From the IMG/VR virus record IMGVR_UViG_3300034082_002390: 64,000 bases of DNA; one strand, written 5' to 3'. The number at the start of each line of letters is the position of its first letter. Within the stretch, counting starts at the first letter, position 1. The position numbers were made by a program, and so were the translations under genes. This document shows positions 1 through 9,594 of the stretch, in pieces. The notes beneath the pieces are model-generated. The model made no database searches and was not told where the DNA came from. It saw only the letters and a program-made list of their open reading frames with translations. This DNA comes from an uncultured virus (IMG/VR IMGVR_UViG_3300034082_002390). Taxonomy: Duplodnaviria; Heunggongvirae; Uroviricota; Caudoviricetes.

Positions 1-2834
1 GTATACAAGTTTCCACTTGTCATATGTATATGGTCACCGTCATTCGCAGTTGGATATATTAATAACTGTTGATTGGCAGTAGTTCCACCTATTGGTTTTA
101 AAGCAATAGCACTACCACTAAGTCCCTGATCCGGAATGTTGGTTTCATAAACAACACTATTCAATGGCAAGGTCAAGTTGCCACTAGTACCAAATGTCCA
201 CTGTGCTGAGTTTCCGGTGGCATCATCACTGCTGATCACAACATTGCCGGTGTTGGCTAGTTTCACATAGAGATTGTCGTTGCCCAGGAACAGTTCTGTA
301 TTGTAAAGGTTCCCTGAAGTTAGGTGTAAGTGATTGGCATCAGCACCGCCGGTGGGATAGATCAACAGTTGCTGGTCAGCATCTATAGCATTGTTGACAT
401 CTGGAGCCAAGGCCATGGCATAGCCAGGAAATCCTCCGGGATTGGCCACTTCGGTTATTTCACTCGAGGCTGGTAAGGTCAACTCGCCTGCATCGCCAAA
501 CTGCCACTGATATGTGGTACCGTTGGTGTCGGTGTAGATGTTGACCACGGTGTTGGCTTCAAGGCTAATAGCATCATCGCTGCCAATGTCCACGCTGTTT
601 CCCGAAGCGTTGATCACGCCCGAGTTGGGCAATGTTAGCACACCAGTGTTGCCAAAGGTCCAGGTCTTAGAATCATTTAGAGAATTTGCAACTATTTGTG
701 CATCACCAATGCCGGCAGCAAGTTGAACATTTCCAGCCGGAGCATAAAATGCCGAAACATTGGCATCACTGCTGATAGAAAGATAATCAAAATTTATTCG
801 ACCAGCGGTTGGTAATGTCAGGGTGCCATCTACACCCCAGAGCCAACTTTTCTGTTGTTGAGTACTACTACCGTCTCGATAGACAATGTCCAAGGTAGCA
901 CTGTTTGATGCTACATAGAAGTTTGAGTTAACGGCCGTGTTTGGGGCCACGGTTACATTAGCGTTTACCCACATCAACTGTGAATATTGATCACTCTGCA
1001 TAGTGATACTTTGACTAACTGGTGCTAGTATTACGCTATTAGGGAATTGTGTAGTACCACCTGTGCCAAAGGTCCAAGTAGATGCGGCATTGGCTGTTAT
1101 GGTCGCATTGCCATTGGCAGTGGCTATGTTGACATTTGAAGTGCCATTGGCAATCCTTGATTGAACACCGCTACTGATACCAGTCAGCTGTGAACCATTA
1201 CCAATAAAGTAATTGCCAGTGATGTTGCCTGTGGCACTGACGTTGCCAGGAGCCGTTAATACACCAGTGTTGCCAAAGTTCCAGGTGCTTGATCCAGATC
1301 TTATTTCAACATTGGACTGTTGACTTTCGATATACAGGGGTGTGCCATTGCCTGCATCAGCATTGCTGGGTATAAGAATAGTGGCACCCGGATCACTGCG
1401 ATTGCCATACAAGGCCCAACTATCGTTGTTGGAGTTGAACAAGGCTCCGCCCTGCCCTATCAATAGGTTACCCACGGTGATATAACCGCCCGATGTGGCA
1501 ATGGTTTCGCCAGCAGCGGCTCCTGGTAATGTTAGAGTACCATTTGAGTCAAAGGTCCATTGATAGGTGCCATCCAGGCTACGCACCGTGACTTGACCGT
1601 CGCCGGTTATGCTTACGTCTGAGGCACTGGTCTGCACTATGCTGGCATTGGCCCAGGTTAAACTGCCACCGGTGATGCCTATGTTGCCGGCTGTGATGTT
1701 GCCCGTGGTTGAAATTGAGCTATTAGAATTGTTTTGTAGCACAGCATTGCCACCCACCGTAAGCACATTGCCTGCACCCAAACTGATAGGCACATTGTTC
1801 ATAAAGATGGTGGCATTACTCACATACAAATCGTTCCATTGATTTGTGGCATTGCCCAAACTGTAAACAGCATTTCCTGCAGGAATGATATTGCCTGCCC
1901 AGCCCGATTCACCATAGGCCACAGCATTGGCGTTGCTGTAGGTTGCCGGTAATCCATTGGCAAATGCCAAGTTACCTAAAATAAAGCCACCTGAAATATT
2001 GCCAGTGGTTGAAATAGTGTTTGATCCAAACCCAGCCAACAATGTAACCACATTGGCGTTGCCATAACTTGATACAATGCCAGTTAGGAATGCGCCATTA
2101 CCAATAAAGAATCCACCTGAGATATTAGCAGTGGTTGTGATATTGCCTGTGCCACTGATGGTATTGCTACCTAAATTGCCCAACAAAGTTGTGACATTGC
2201 TATTGCCATATGAACTTACAACGCCGGTTAGTTGACTACCATTGCCAAAGAAATATGGTGCTGTTATATTACCAGTTGCACTCAATCCAATATTTGTGGT
2301 CCACACATTGCCTGTAGAATTATATAATAATGTAGCAATATTATCATTAGAACCAACTGTAACTCCCGAACCATTGGCTGCATTAGCAGTTGTTGCGGTA
2401 TTGGCCAGTTGGATTGTGAGTGAATCTGTAACAATGTTACCAACTTGTATGATGTTGCCTGCAACCGTTAAATTTCCCGAAACTGCAAAATCTCCAGCAA
2501 CACCAAGTGTTTGGAATGTTGCTGTATTTGCGTACACAGTTCGATACTGTAAATTAGCAGATCCTAGATCATAGGTGCGAGTTAATCGGGGAACCAGGGT
2601 ATTATTGGTTTGAATTACCCCAACCCCGTTGGGACTCAGTATCAAATTACCATTTGTATCAATCACCCCAATGGTGTTGTTGGTTATTCTTACATTGGAT
2701 CCTGCAGGGCCAGCCAACCAAATATTATCAAAATTATCATCAGTTTTGATGAATGCTGTGCGTAAGGGATCACCGGTGCCGTCATTGACCGATGCTCCAT
2801 AATTTATTACTTGTTGTGTATTTCCAGTAGGCAT
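1..2834 (-). CDS. Tail fibre / baseplate-associated structural protein (partial, runs off the left edge; absent from the ORF track)
   Basis: Manual translation from ATG 2834 gives MPTGNTQQVINYGASVNDGTGDPLRTAFIKTDDNFD, the DGTGDxLRxAF N-terminal motif of T4 gp9/gp10-like and tail-fibre proteins. G/N/T-rich repeats follow (FxGNGSQLTG, WxFGxxGxLTLP). A TAAATA lies upstream. Confidence 0.8.
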   Translation of the reverse strand, partial: MPTGNTQQVINYGASVNDGTGDPLRTAFIKTDDNFDNIWLAGPAGSNVRITNNTIGVIDTNGNLILSPNGVGVIQTNNTLVPRLTRTYDLGSANLQYRTVYANTATFQTLGVAGDFAVSGNLTVAGNIIQVGNIVTDSLTIQLANTATTANAANGSGVTVGSNDNIATLLYNSTGNVWTTNIGLSATGNITAPYFFGNGSQLTGVVSSYGNSNVTTLLGNLGSNTISGTGNITTTANISGGFFIGNGAFLTGIVSSYGNANVVTLLAGFGSNTISTTGNISGGFILGNLAFANGLPATYSNANAVAYGESGWAGNIIPAGNAVYSLGNATNQWNDLYVSNATIFMNNVPISLGAGNVLTVGGNAVLQNNSNSSISTTGNITAGNIGITGGSLTWANASIVQTSASDVSITGDGQVTVRSLDGTYQWTFDSNGTLTLPGAAAGETIATSGGYITVGNLLIGQGGALFNSNNDSWALYGNRSDPGATILIPSNADAGNGTPLYIESQQSNVEIRSGSSTWNFGNTGVLTAPGNVSATGNITGNYFIGNGSQLTGISSGVQSRIANGTSNVNIATANGNATITANAASTWTFGTGGTTQFPNSVILAPVSQSITMQSDQYSQLMWVNANVTVAPNTAVNSNFYVASNSATLDIVYRDGSSTQQQKSWLWGVDGTLTLPTAGRINFDYLSISSDANVSAFYAPAGNVQLAAGIGDAQIVANSLNDSKTWTFGNTGVLTLPNSGVINASGNSVDIGSDDAISLEANTVVNIYTDTNGTTYQWQFGDAGELTLPASSEITEVANPGGFPGYAMALAPDVNNAIDADQQLLIYPTGGADANHLHLTSGNLYNTELFLGNDNLYVKLANTGNVVISSDDATGNSAQWTFGTSGNLTLPLNSVVYETNIPDQGLSGSAIALKPIGGTTANQQLLIYPTANDGDHIHMTSGNLY

Positions 2835-2857
2835 TTAACTGTGTCCTTGTATTGTAG

Positions 2858-2863
2858 TATTTA
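2858..2863 (-). promoter_or_regulatory. T4-late-type promoter core TAAATA
   Basis: TAAATA about 24 nt upstream of the structural gene ATG. Confidence 0.55.
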
Positions 2864-2891
2864 CCGGAAATGAACACAGTTGTGGTGCAGC

Positions 2892-3215
2892 CTATCCAGG
2901 ATTAAAACTACTGCCGCAGCCGCAGGTGGTTTCTGCATTGGGATTGTCTATGATAAAACTAGATCCCATGCTATTGTCCTGATACCGTATGGATGCACCA
3001 CGCAGATAATTCATGCTCATTGAATCAACTAAAACTGCTACATCATCAAAATCAAAGTCAAAATCGTCATCGTTTTTGACGTTGTCAAGAGTAAATCCAT
3101 ACTGCATGCCCGAGCAGCCGCCGCCCTGCACAAACACACGCAGTTTGGTACCCGGGGAATTTTCTTCGGCTAGGATGTCTCTAAGTTTAACTATTGCAGA
3201 GTTGTCTAAAATCAT
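2892..3215 (-). CDS. erpA: A-type Fe-S cluster carrier (ErpA/IscA/HesB family)
   Basis: LRVFVQGGGCSGMQYGF and TCGCGSSF motifs. Confidence 0.92.
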   Translation of the reverse strand: MILDNSAIVKLRDILAEENSPGTKLRVFVQGGGCSGMQYGFTLDNVKNDDDFDFDFDDVAVLVDSMSMNYLRGASIRYQDNSMGSSFIIDNPNAETTCGCGSSFNPG

Positions 3216-3264
3216 TGTTGACCTTTGTGTTGTAGATAATTACTGTATATTTAACAAGGTTTAC

Positions 3265-3981
3265 ATGAAAGATATCAATTTTAGCGCCAGGCGAGACGAT
3301 ATTTCACAGTTATCGCAGTACGGCTTGCACTTTGATCAACCTTGGCAAGTGGTGGATTATTTTGAACAAGCTGTTGCTGATTTTTTTGGAGCCCCATATG
3401 CAGTTGCAACAGACTGTTGCACCCATGCACTGGAACTGTGTTTGTTGTTGACCCAGCAATCATCAATGGTGTATGTTCCGCGCAGAACCTACATGAGTGT
3501 GCCAATGATGCTGGACAAAATCAAGGTGCCCTACTGTTTGACTGACCAAACCTGGGAGCAGTACTATTTCATCCAGGGAACCAATATTATAGATGCTGCC
3601 ACCATGTGGCAAGCCAATTCCTACAAAGCAGGCACTCTCACCTGCATTAGTTTTCAATTTAAAAAACACATTCCCATTGGCCGCGGTGGGATGGTACTGC
3701 TAGACTCTCATGATGATTACTTAAAACTACAAAGAATGGTTCGAGATGGGCGAGATCGAGATCGTGTGCAAGACAAAGACAATGTTGTCGAACTTGGATA
3801 TCATTACTACATGACTCCCGAAGATGCTGCCCGCGGCATACATCTAATGCGGCATCTTCAAGACACTGCCCCACGAATATGGGGCAGTTCTGAGTATCGA
3901 GATATAACTGAAATGGACTACTTTAAGTCAAAGACGTTGATTACAAACGTCCCAGTCAATAATTTTCCAGATATTATTTAG
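3265..3981 (+). CDS. DegT/DnrJ/EryC1/StrS PLP-dependent sugar aminotransferase (short form)
   Basis: FEQAVADFFGAPYAVATDCCTHALEL, IIDAA and SFQFKKHIPIGRGG (PLP Lys). Start reassigned to ATG 3265 because the upstream part overlaps erpA. Confidence 0.8.
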   Translation: MKDINFSARRDDISQLSQYGLHFDQPWQVVDYFEQAVADFFGAPYAVATDCCTHALELCLLLTQQSSMVYVPRRTYMSVPMMLDKIKVPYCLTDQTWEQYYFIQGTNIIDAATMWQANSYKAGTLTCISFQFKKHIPIGRGGMVLLDSHDDYLKLQRMVRDGRDRDRVQDKDNVVELGYHYYMTPEDAARGIHLMRHLQDTAPRIWGSSEYRDITEMDYFKSKTLITNVPVNNFPDII

Positions 3982-4476
3982 GTACTTTTCTTTGTCACTT
4001 TGATAGTCTAGAGCCCAGGCGTGTTCCCACCAGTCCACCAACACACAGATGTCAGTGCGTACAGCATGGTTGGCAATGGTCTTGATATCGCCCCCGGTGC
4101 TCAAGTACACCCAACCTGATCCTTGGATCTTCATAGCTGCCAGTTTGAACTGTTCTTGAAAATCTTCCCAGGTCTTGAACTTTTCTTCAATTAACTCAAG
4201 TACTGCGCCACGGGGACGGTTGGCACCTTTAGGAGCCCTAAGCTGAGGGAAGAACTTATTGTGTAAAAAACTGCCAGCACGATTAAAATCGGCATTGCCT
4301 TCTCCTGCGTTGTAGCGTTTGGCATAGCCTCGGGCCAGATGCTCAAAATGATAGTTGATGGTTTCTGCGCTCATCACGGGTTCAAGGTCCTTGACACCGT
4401 AGGGCAGTGGGGTTGTTTCTAACTTGGCCGGACGGGTGCTGGCTTCAACTAGATCAATGTGGTCTCGTATATACAT
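3928..4476 (-). CDS. sod: Fe/Mn superoxide dismutase
   Basis: LPYGVKDLEPVMSAETINYH, GSGWVYL and DWWEHAW metal-ligand motif. Confidence 0.92.
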   Translation of the reverse strand: MYIRDHIDLVEASTRPAKLETTPLPYGVKDLEPVMSAETINYHFEHLARGYAKRYNAGEGNADFNRAGSFLHNKFFPQLRAPKGANRPRGAVLELIEEKFKTWEDFQEQFKLAAMKIQGSGWVYLSTGGDIKTIANHAVRTDICVLVDWWEHAWALDYQSDKEKYLNNIWKIIDWDVCNQRL

Positions 4477-4481
4477 GTAAT

Positions 4482-4487
4482 TATTTA
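4482..4487 (-). promoter_or_regulatory. T4-late-type promoter core TAAATA, 5 nt before the sod ATG
   Basis: GATAAATAATTACATG on the minus strand, overlapping the infA stop codon. Confidence 0.5.
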
Positions 4488-4703
4488 TCGACGACGAGTA
4501 ATACGCCCGCGTGTGAGATCGTAGATGGAAAATTCAACCTCCACACGATCGCCCAGCAACACTTTGATGTTATTTTGTCGCATCTTTCCAGAAATAACTG
4601 CAATAATATTAGTATTCATGGAGTCTACTTCAACTCGAAACATTGTGTTTGGTAGAACTTCCGTTACTACCCCGTCTAGTCTAAAACCTTCTTCTTTTGC
4701 CAT
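4485..4703 (-). CDS. infA: Translation initiation factor IF-1
   Basis: MAKEE...[14 protein letters not shown]...ISGKMR...[12 protein letters not shown]...YDLTRGRI, 72 aa. Confidence 0.95.
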   Translation of the reverse strand: MAKEEGFRLDGVVTEVLPNTMFRVEVDSMNTNIIAVISGKMRQNNIKVLLGDRVEVEFSIYDLTRGRITRRR

Positions 4704-4715
4704 AAGTGTTAGTAC

Positions 4716-5126
4716 TTAGTCAAACGCCAATTCTGCAGTGATCTTCTTCAATCGATCCATACGGAAACTACGCCAGGCCTGTGCTTCTAGGTCGTAGACT
4801 TTGATCACAGCAGGATCTGCCTCTTTGGGTTCTTTGCGTGGCTTTTTTGCAGACTCCAACACGATACCATCCACAGGTCCTGTAACGGGCTTTTTTGGTT
4901 GTGGTGGGATCAATTCCCAGTTTAGGGTACACTTCATGTCACGGTCAGTGCCATCTGCCTTGGTAAACTTTACAGTGATTTCTTGTTTGTTTAACAAACT
5001 CTTGACCCAGTCGCGCATGATGGTCTTGTTGACATCATCTGCTTCTTGATACTGTGTGCCAGGTGCTCCTTTGAGCAGACGCACAAGTTCTTGTTTATCC
5101 CACATATTCATTGTTGCTTTGTCCAT
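4716..5126 (-). CDS. WYL-like/SH3-fold phage protein
   Basis: VKFTKADGTDRDMKCTL...VYDLEAQAWRSFR, a pattern common in T4-like phages. Confidence 0.6.
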   Translation of the reverse strand: MDKATMNMWDKQELVRLLKGAPGTQYQEADDVNKTIMRDWVKSLLNKQEITVKFTKADGTDRDMKCTLNWELIPPQPKKPVTGPVDGIVLESAKKPRKEPKEADPAVIKVYDLEAQAWRSFRMDRLKKITAELAFD

Positions 5127-5127
5127 T

Positions 5128-5973
5128 TTATACCTCTACAAGTTTAGGAGTCCACGAGTCAGCTCGTTTTTCATAATTGATGTATCCACGTGGATTACAC
5201 ACAACACGGGTTGATCCAACCATATAATCAAAATCTTCATGAGTATGACCATGAGTCCACAATTTGATTTGTGGATGATCCATGATAAACTCGCTCAAGT
5301 CGCTGTGATAACCACCATTCATTATGGTTTCGTTGGCATAGGTAGGATGCACACTTTGAAAACTAGGACTATGATGCCCAACCACAACAAACTTTTGATC
5401 ATACTTGCCTTCCATAACTGTGCGAATATAACCTAGGCTTTTGCGATGTGCAACTGCCACATGTGTAGGGCGCAGGGTAGTGTATCCAAGATCACTATTG
5501 CGAATGATTCTGAAATCATTCATCATGTCCGACATTGCATGCAGAGTTAACGGATCGCCCTTGTTCATGTCGGTCCACAATGTGCTACCAATAAAAGTAA
5601 CATCATCAATGGTCTTGCAGTCGTTTTCCATGAAGTACACGTTGGGAAACTTTGCACACTCGTCACGCAGATATTGTAGCCCAGCAGGCCACTTGCTGTG
5701 ATAAAACTCATGATTGCCTGCAATAAAAATCACATGAGGAAATTGAAAACTGCAACGTTTCAAAAAGTCCCGATATTGTTGTGCTTTGAGTTGTCGCGAT
5801 CCCAGTGTTTTAATAACTTCCGGGGGATACGGGGTCATTGGTTCAGGGTGATCATGTAGATCCTGTGCCAGCATGATGTCGCCGCCAAGGATCAACACAT
5901 CTACATTGTCTGTGTTTTTGATCATGCAATCACCAAACTCAAGGTGGAGATCGCTAGTGACGTAAATTTTCAT
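5128..5973 (-). CDS. Calcineurin-like metallophosphoesterase
   Basis: SDLHLE, GGDI, GNHE, GHH and HGHTH motifs. Confidence 0.88.
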   Translation of the reverse strand: MKIYVTSDLHLEFGDCMIKNTDNVDVLILGGDIMLAQDLHDHPEPMTPYPPEVIKTLGSRQLKAQQYRDFLKRCSFQFPHVIFIAGNHEFYHSKWPAGLQYLRDECAKFPNVYFMENDCKTIDDVTFIGSTLWTDMNKGDPLTLHAMSDMMNDFRIIRNSDLGYTTLRPTHVAVAHRKSLGYIRTVMEGKYDQKFVVVGHHSPSFQSVHPTYANETIMNGGYHSDLSEFIMDHPQIKLWTHGHTHEDFDYMVGSTRVVCNPRGYINYEKRADSWTPKLVEV

Positions 5974-6001
5974 TGTGAGTTTTTCTTTCAAGTCTTGATT
6001 A

Positions 6002-6274
6002 TTAAATCACTTCCCAGCATTTGTTTTTGTAATCCCAATGCCGAGTATCGTAAAAGGTCAGTTCAATATCATATCCAAGCAGTCCCATCTCCAATACAAA
6101 TCCAGCATGATCACACCTGATGCTGTGAGCCATTTTGAATTTTATAACAGTATTGGTTTTCATGAATTGCAATTCCCAGCACTTGTGCTCAATTGGGGTA
6201 GATCCCGAAAAGCATTTTACACTGTCAAAGCGATTTGAGCACGGGTTAATCACAATAAAATCAATATTGATCAT
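6002..6274 (-). CDS. Hypothetical protein
   Basis: ORF in operon with overlapping stop/start. Confidence 0.55.
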   Translation of the reverse strand: MINIDFIVINPCSNRFDSVKCFSGSTPIEHKCWELQFMKTNTVIKFKMAHSIRCDHAGFVLEMGLLGYDIELTFYDTRHWDYKNKCWEVI

Positions 6275-6666
6275 CGACGCATTCTGCTAATGTCCACAGC
6301 TTGTTCATCTGAAAAAACTGGTACGGCATTGCTCTTGTGCATGGTTGCAATGCCCTTGACCTTGGTACCAGTGTAGACCTTGGGTGCTGACAAAGTTGCA
6401 TTGCCGCCACCTGTGTCTCGGCTGGGAATATGGCTTGTGCCACGACCTTCGGGAATTGACAAGCTGTAGTTGCCAGTCAAGGGCGGGGCAGACAATGCAC
6501 GTCGACGTTTTTTCTCGTCAGCATCCACTTCCCATTTCTTTTGCAATTCTTTCCAGCTGGCATCAAGTTCTCGGGCCTTGCGGGCTTCTTCGGCGTTGCG
6601 AAACTTTACCTTGCCTCGCTTTTTACCGTTAAGGCTAAGACTGGGATGATGTAGGTGCATGCTCAT
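6271..6666 (-). CDS. Conserved basic phage hypothetical protein
   Basis: KVYTG...GIATMHKSNAVPVF C-terminus; directly downstream of a sigma70 promoter. Confidence 0.65.
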   Translation of the reverse strand: MSMHLHHPSLSLNGKKRGKVKFRNAEEARKARELDASWKELQKKWEVDADEKKRRRALSAPPLTGNYSLSIPEGRGTSHIPSRDTGGGNATLSAPKVYTGTKVKGIATMHKSNAVPVFSDEQAVDISRMRR

Positions 6667-6702
6667 GTGTTTTGTAAGGTCAAGTTATCTTAAACATGTT
6701 AT

Positions 6703-6769
6703 ATTATAGCACGTCCGGAATTAATGGTCAACTGTGATCTGATCACCAAGATGTTGCTAAAAAACAACA
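6703..6769 (-). promoter_or_regulatory. Sigma70-type promoter with upstream palindrome
   Basis: TTGACC (6731-6726), 17 bp, TATAAT (6708-6703); TGTTG-N8-CAACA at 6752-6769. Confidence 0.8.
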
Positions 6770-6771
6770 TT

Positions 6772-7005
6772 TTATTCTAAATTTTTATTTTTTAAAACAG
6801 TATCCACACGAGCACGTCTAGCAGAACTTTTTTCAATAAATTGGTGAAATAGTTTGTCTGGGTATCTGCTCATCAGAAACGGAAAAACTGCATGAACCAA
6901 ACTTACCAGACCCAGGAGGCACAAAAACCCACCAGCCCATAAAGCAAATTTAAAATGTTCAAGGTATGATTCCTCAACTTGCGATAAATGTGAGAAGTTA
7001 AACAA
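6772..7005 (-). CDS. Small membrane protein (DUF6356-like)
   Basis: HLSQVEESYLEHFKFA...LVHAVFPFL; TTG start overlaps the upstream stop. Confidence 0.6.
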   Translation of the reverse strand: MFNFSHLSQVEESYLEHFKFALWAGGFLCLLGLVSLVHAVFPFLMSRYPDKLFHQFIEKSSARRARVDTVLKNKNLE

Positions 7006-8461
7006 TTTCAACTGGCAGTCCTCTAAAGTAATGCAACAACACCGGCTGACTAGGTTTGATTCCTTGAACAACATCCTTGAACTCAATCTGAGCCATTTTG
7101 GAAAAAACACAATTTTTAAATTCAGCTGTTGACTTGAGTGCTTGATTTAGATCGTTCAAGGTCAGGTCCAGTGTGGTGTCAAACACTGCAATATACAAAG
7201 CATTGACTTCAAAATCTGGCACTAGAGAAAATGCCGATGTGTTTAACCATTCTCGGGTCCACTTGTCAATTGCCGACACTTTTATTTTTTGTTGGTCAAA
7301 TGTCAAACATGAGTTTCTACCTTCCCAAAAGAATACATCATTTGAAAATTTCACTATATCCCCAATGGTTCTCCATTCATGATCATTCTTGAATTTGGCC
7401 TTGAAAAAGTCCGGAAATATTTCCCAGTCAATCAAACCATTGAGTTTGGTAAATCTGTTGGGTGCATATTCGGCAATGTTGTTGAGTTGAGTTTTGCTGA
7501 TGGCCAAGGTACCAAGTTCAGTACAACCAAAATTGTTGTACACAGCATCGGGGTGCTGTTTGTCAAAAATCAATTTCATTTCATGTTGGCTGGGCCCAAC
7601 TGCTGTGATCAAACTGGTAGATGAGATATTGTAAGACTTGATGTTGGGATTGCCCAGTTCAGTTATAAACCGATAGGGAGTTAACCACTTGGATATTTTT
7701 CCTGTGACACATAAATCAAGACATTTTTCCATGAATCCAATCACAGTTTCACTGGTCTTTTGAATGGTCCAATAGTGTTGATTGGTTGTGACAAACGCTG
7801 GAATTGCATAGTTCAAAAAGAGACTGCCATGATGCAGAGTCTTGTGATGCAGAACACGATCAGTGGCACGGAATTCAAATAGTTTGATATTTTCCTGAAC
7901 CAATTCAATAGCTACTTTGTGTGTGGTTTTAACAATCTTGGGTTCTCCAGTGGTGCCACTAGTGTGCGTAACGCAACACACAGTATCATCAGTGATTGCA
8001 CCATTCAATTGATAATCTACATCTGGATATAGGTCACATGTGATTGGAAAAACTTCTTGATGAATTTTTCCATCCACGTATGCTGGATAACTCATCTTGG
8101 TTTCAAGTGCACTCACATGTGGAAGATCTATTAGAACTGAGTCAGCTAGTGGAGGTCCGATGATGACATCTATATGTTTGTAAAAATTCTTGAAGAGTGG
8201 ATGAGTGACCACATTCAACGAAAAGTCATGCACTGAAATAATAGCGCCCAGTTCCCAGATGGCCTTGATTGCTGGCAGTATCACATCCAAGTTGTTGGAC
8301 CAAATCAACACCACTTTGCCAACAGTGTTGCCGTTTAATTTGGTATACAGTTCTTTTTTATAGAAATTCTTGTATGCTTGTATTTCACGGGGACTTAGTG
8401 TCTGCCCGTCAGGCAACACAATAGAACAATCTGACCTAATGTAATCCACTAGATTGATCAT
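6998..8461 (-). CDS. Adenylate-forming (AMP-binding/acyl-CoA ligase-like) enzyme
   Basis: THTSGTTGEPK P-loop, FGCTELG, TIGD and EGR motifs. Confidence 0.8.
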   Translation of the reverse strand: MINLVDYIRSDCSIVLPDGQTLSPREIQAYKNFYKKELYTKLNGNTVGKVVLIWSNNLDVILPAIKAIWELGAIISVHDFSLNVVTHPLFKNFYKHIDVIIGPPLADSVLIDLPHVSALETKMSYPAYVDGKIHQEVFPITCDLYPDVDYQLNGAITDDTVCCVTHTSGTTGEPKIVKTTHKVAIELVQENIKLFEFRATDRVLHHKTLHHGSLFLNYAIPAFVTTNQHYWTIQKTSETVIGFMEKCLDLCVTGKISKWLTPYRFITELGNPNIKSYNISSTSLITAVGPSQHEMKLIFDKQHPDAVYNNFGCTELGTLAISKTQLNNIAEYAPNRFTKLNGLIDWEIFPDFFKAKFKNDHEWRTIGDIVKFSNDVFFWEGRNSCLTFDQQKIKVSAIDKWTREWLNTSAFSLVPDFEVNALYIAVFDTTLDLTLNDLNQALKSTAEFKNCVFSKMAQIEFKDVVQGIKPSQPVLLHYFRGLPVEIV

Positions 8462-8788
8462 TTATTTCTCCGCCAGATGAAGTCGCTTGACAGAAACTTT
8501 GCTCCACTCATCGGCATCGGGCAAGGCCGATTTGCGTTTGGTTATAGATGGCCACGTCGTGGATAATTCAGCATTGATTTTGACAAAATCCAATTGGTCG
8601 GCTGGCAGGTCTTCCTCGGCATAGATGGCAGATACTGGACACTCGGGTACGCATACCCCGCAGTCAATACACTCGTCTGGATTAATTGCTAGAAAATTTG
8701 AACCTTCTACAAAACAATCAACTGGGCATACATCAACACAATCGGTATACTTGCAACGAATACATGATTCAGTCACTACATAGGTCAT
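8462..8788 (-). CDS. fdxA: 7Fe ferredoxin (FdxA family)
   Basis: [26 protein letters not shown]...[12 protein letters not shown]. Confidence 0.95.
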   Translation of the reverse strand: MTYVVTESCIRCKYTDCVDVCPVDCFVEGSNFLAINPDECIDCGVCVPECPVSAIYAEEDLPADQLDFVKINAELSTTWPSITKRKSALPDADEWSKVSVKRLHLAEK

Positions 8789-9594
8789 ACAATCACCTTT
8801 GACATTTTACAAACAGGTATCGGCAACATCTTGTGTAAATTGCGAGCACGGATATTTTTATATGTCTTGAGTTGTGCTTTTTCAATCTTTGACAATGCAA
8901 TTGGTTCGTAGATGCAGTTGTCTTGACTATCGTGCAACATGGCCAGTTCCAATTCAGGATAGGTCATGCCCAGCTGTCCCTCATCTGTGCGCCCATCATC
9001 CCACAATCCATCAGTGGGCTCTGCGTCAATAATTTCTTGTGGCAGGCCAAATTCACGACCCATGTTCCATACTTCAGTTTTCATGCAGTCACCAATAGGG
9101 CTTATATCCACACCACCATCGCCGTATTTGGTGAAGAAGCCTACACCAAAGTCTTCTACTTTGTTGCCTGTGCCCACCACAAGTGCGCCGTGGCTTTGTG
9201 CAATTTGGTACAAGGTCATCATGCGCAGTCTAGCGCGACTGTTGGCAAACGCCAGTTCAACTTGTAATGCATTATCTACATCACAAAATGGAGCAGTTTT
9301 CTTTTCAAATGCTGTGAACACAGGAGTCAAATCCATGCTCATGTGTGTGACATTTTCTTTGTAGCGATCCAGCAGCCAACCTGCTTGCATGCTACTACGA
9401 TTGTCTAGCTTTTTATTTTGCCTAATTGGCATTTGCACAACAATGGTCTTCAATCCAGTTTGTGCACACAACGCACTCACAACTGAACTATCGATACCGC
9501 CTGATATGCCCACTACAAAAGTGGAAATTTTGGCACTCTTGGCATAGGCCTTGAGCCATTTAACAATGTGATTGATTTGTTGTTTTGCTGTCAT
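8785..9594 (-). CDS. nadE: NH3-dependent NAD+ synthetase
   Basis: [10 protein letters not shown]-loop, [33 protein letters not shown]. Confidence 0.93.
   Translation of the reverse strand: MTAKQQINHIVKWLKAYAKSAKISTFVVGISGGIDSSVVSALCAQTGLKTIVVQMPIRQNKKLDNRSSMQAGWLLDRYKENVTHMSMDLTPVFTAFEKKTAPFCDVDNALQVELAFANSRARLRMMTLYQIAQSHGALVVGTGNKVEDFGVGFFTKYGDGGVDISPIGDCMKTEVWNMGREFGLPQEIIDAEPTDGLWDDGRTDEGQLGMTYPELELAMLHDSQDNCIYEPIALSKIEKAQLKTYKNIRARNLHKMLPIPVCKMSKVIV

Noticed and set aside
538..2574. Short plus-strand ORFs (538, 1609, 2242) and the minus ORF at 2282
   Set aside because: They are shadows of the long minus-strand tail-fibre ORF.
3013..3264. N-terminal 84 aa of the 322-aa plus-strand ORF
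   Set aside because: It is antisense to erpA; aminotransferase similarity begins after ATG 3265.
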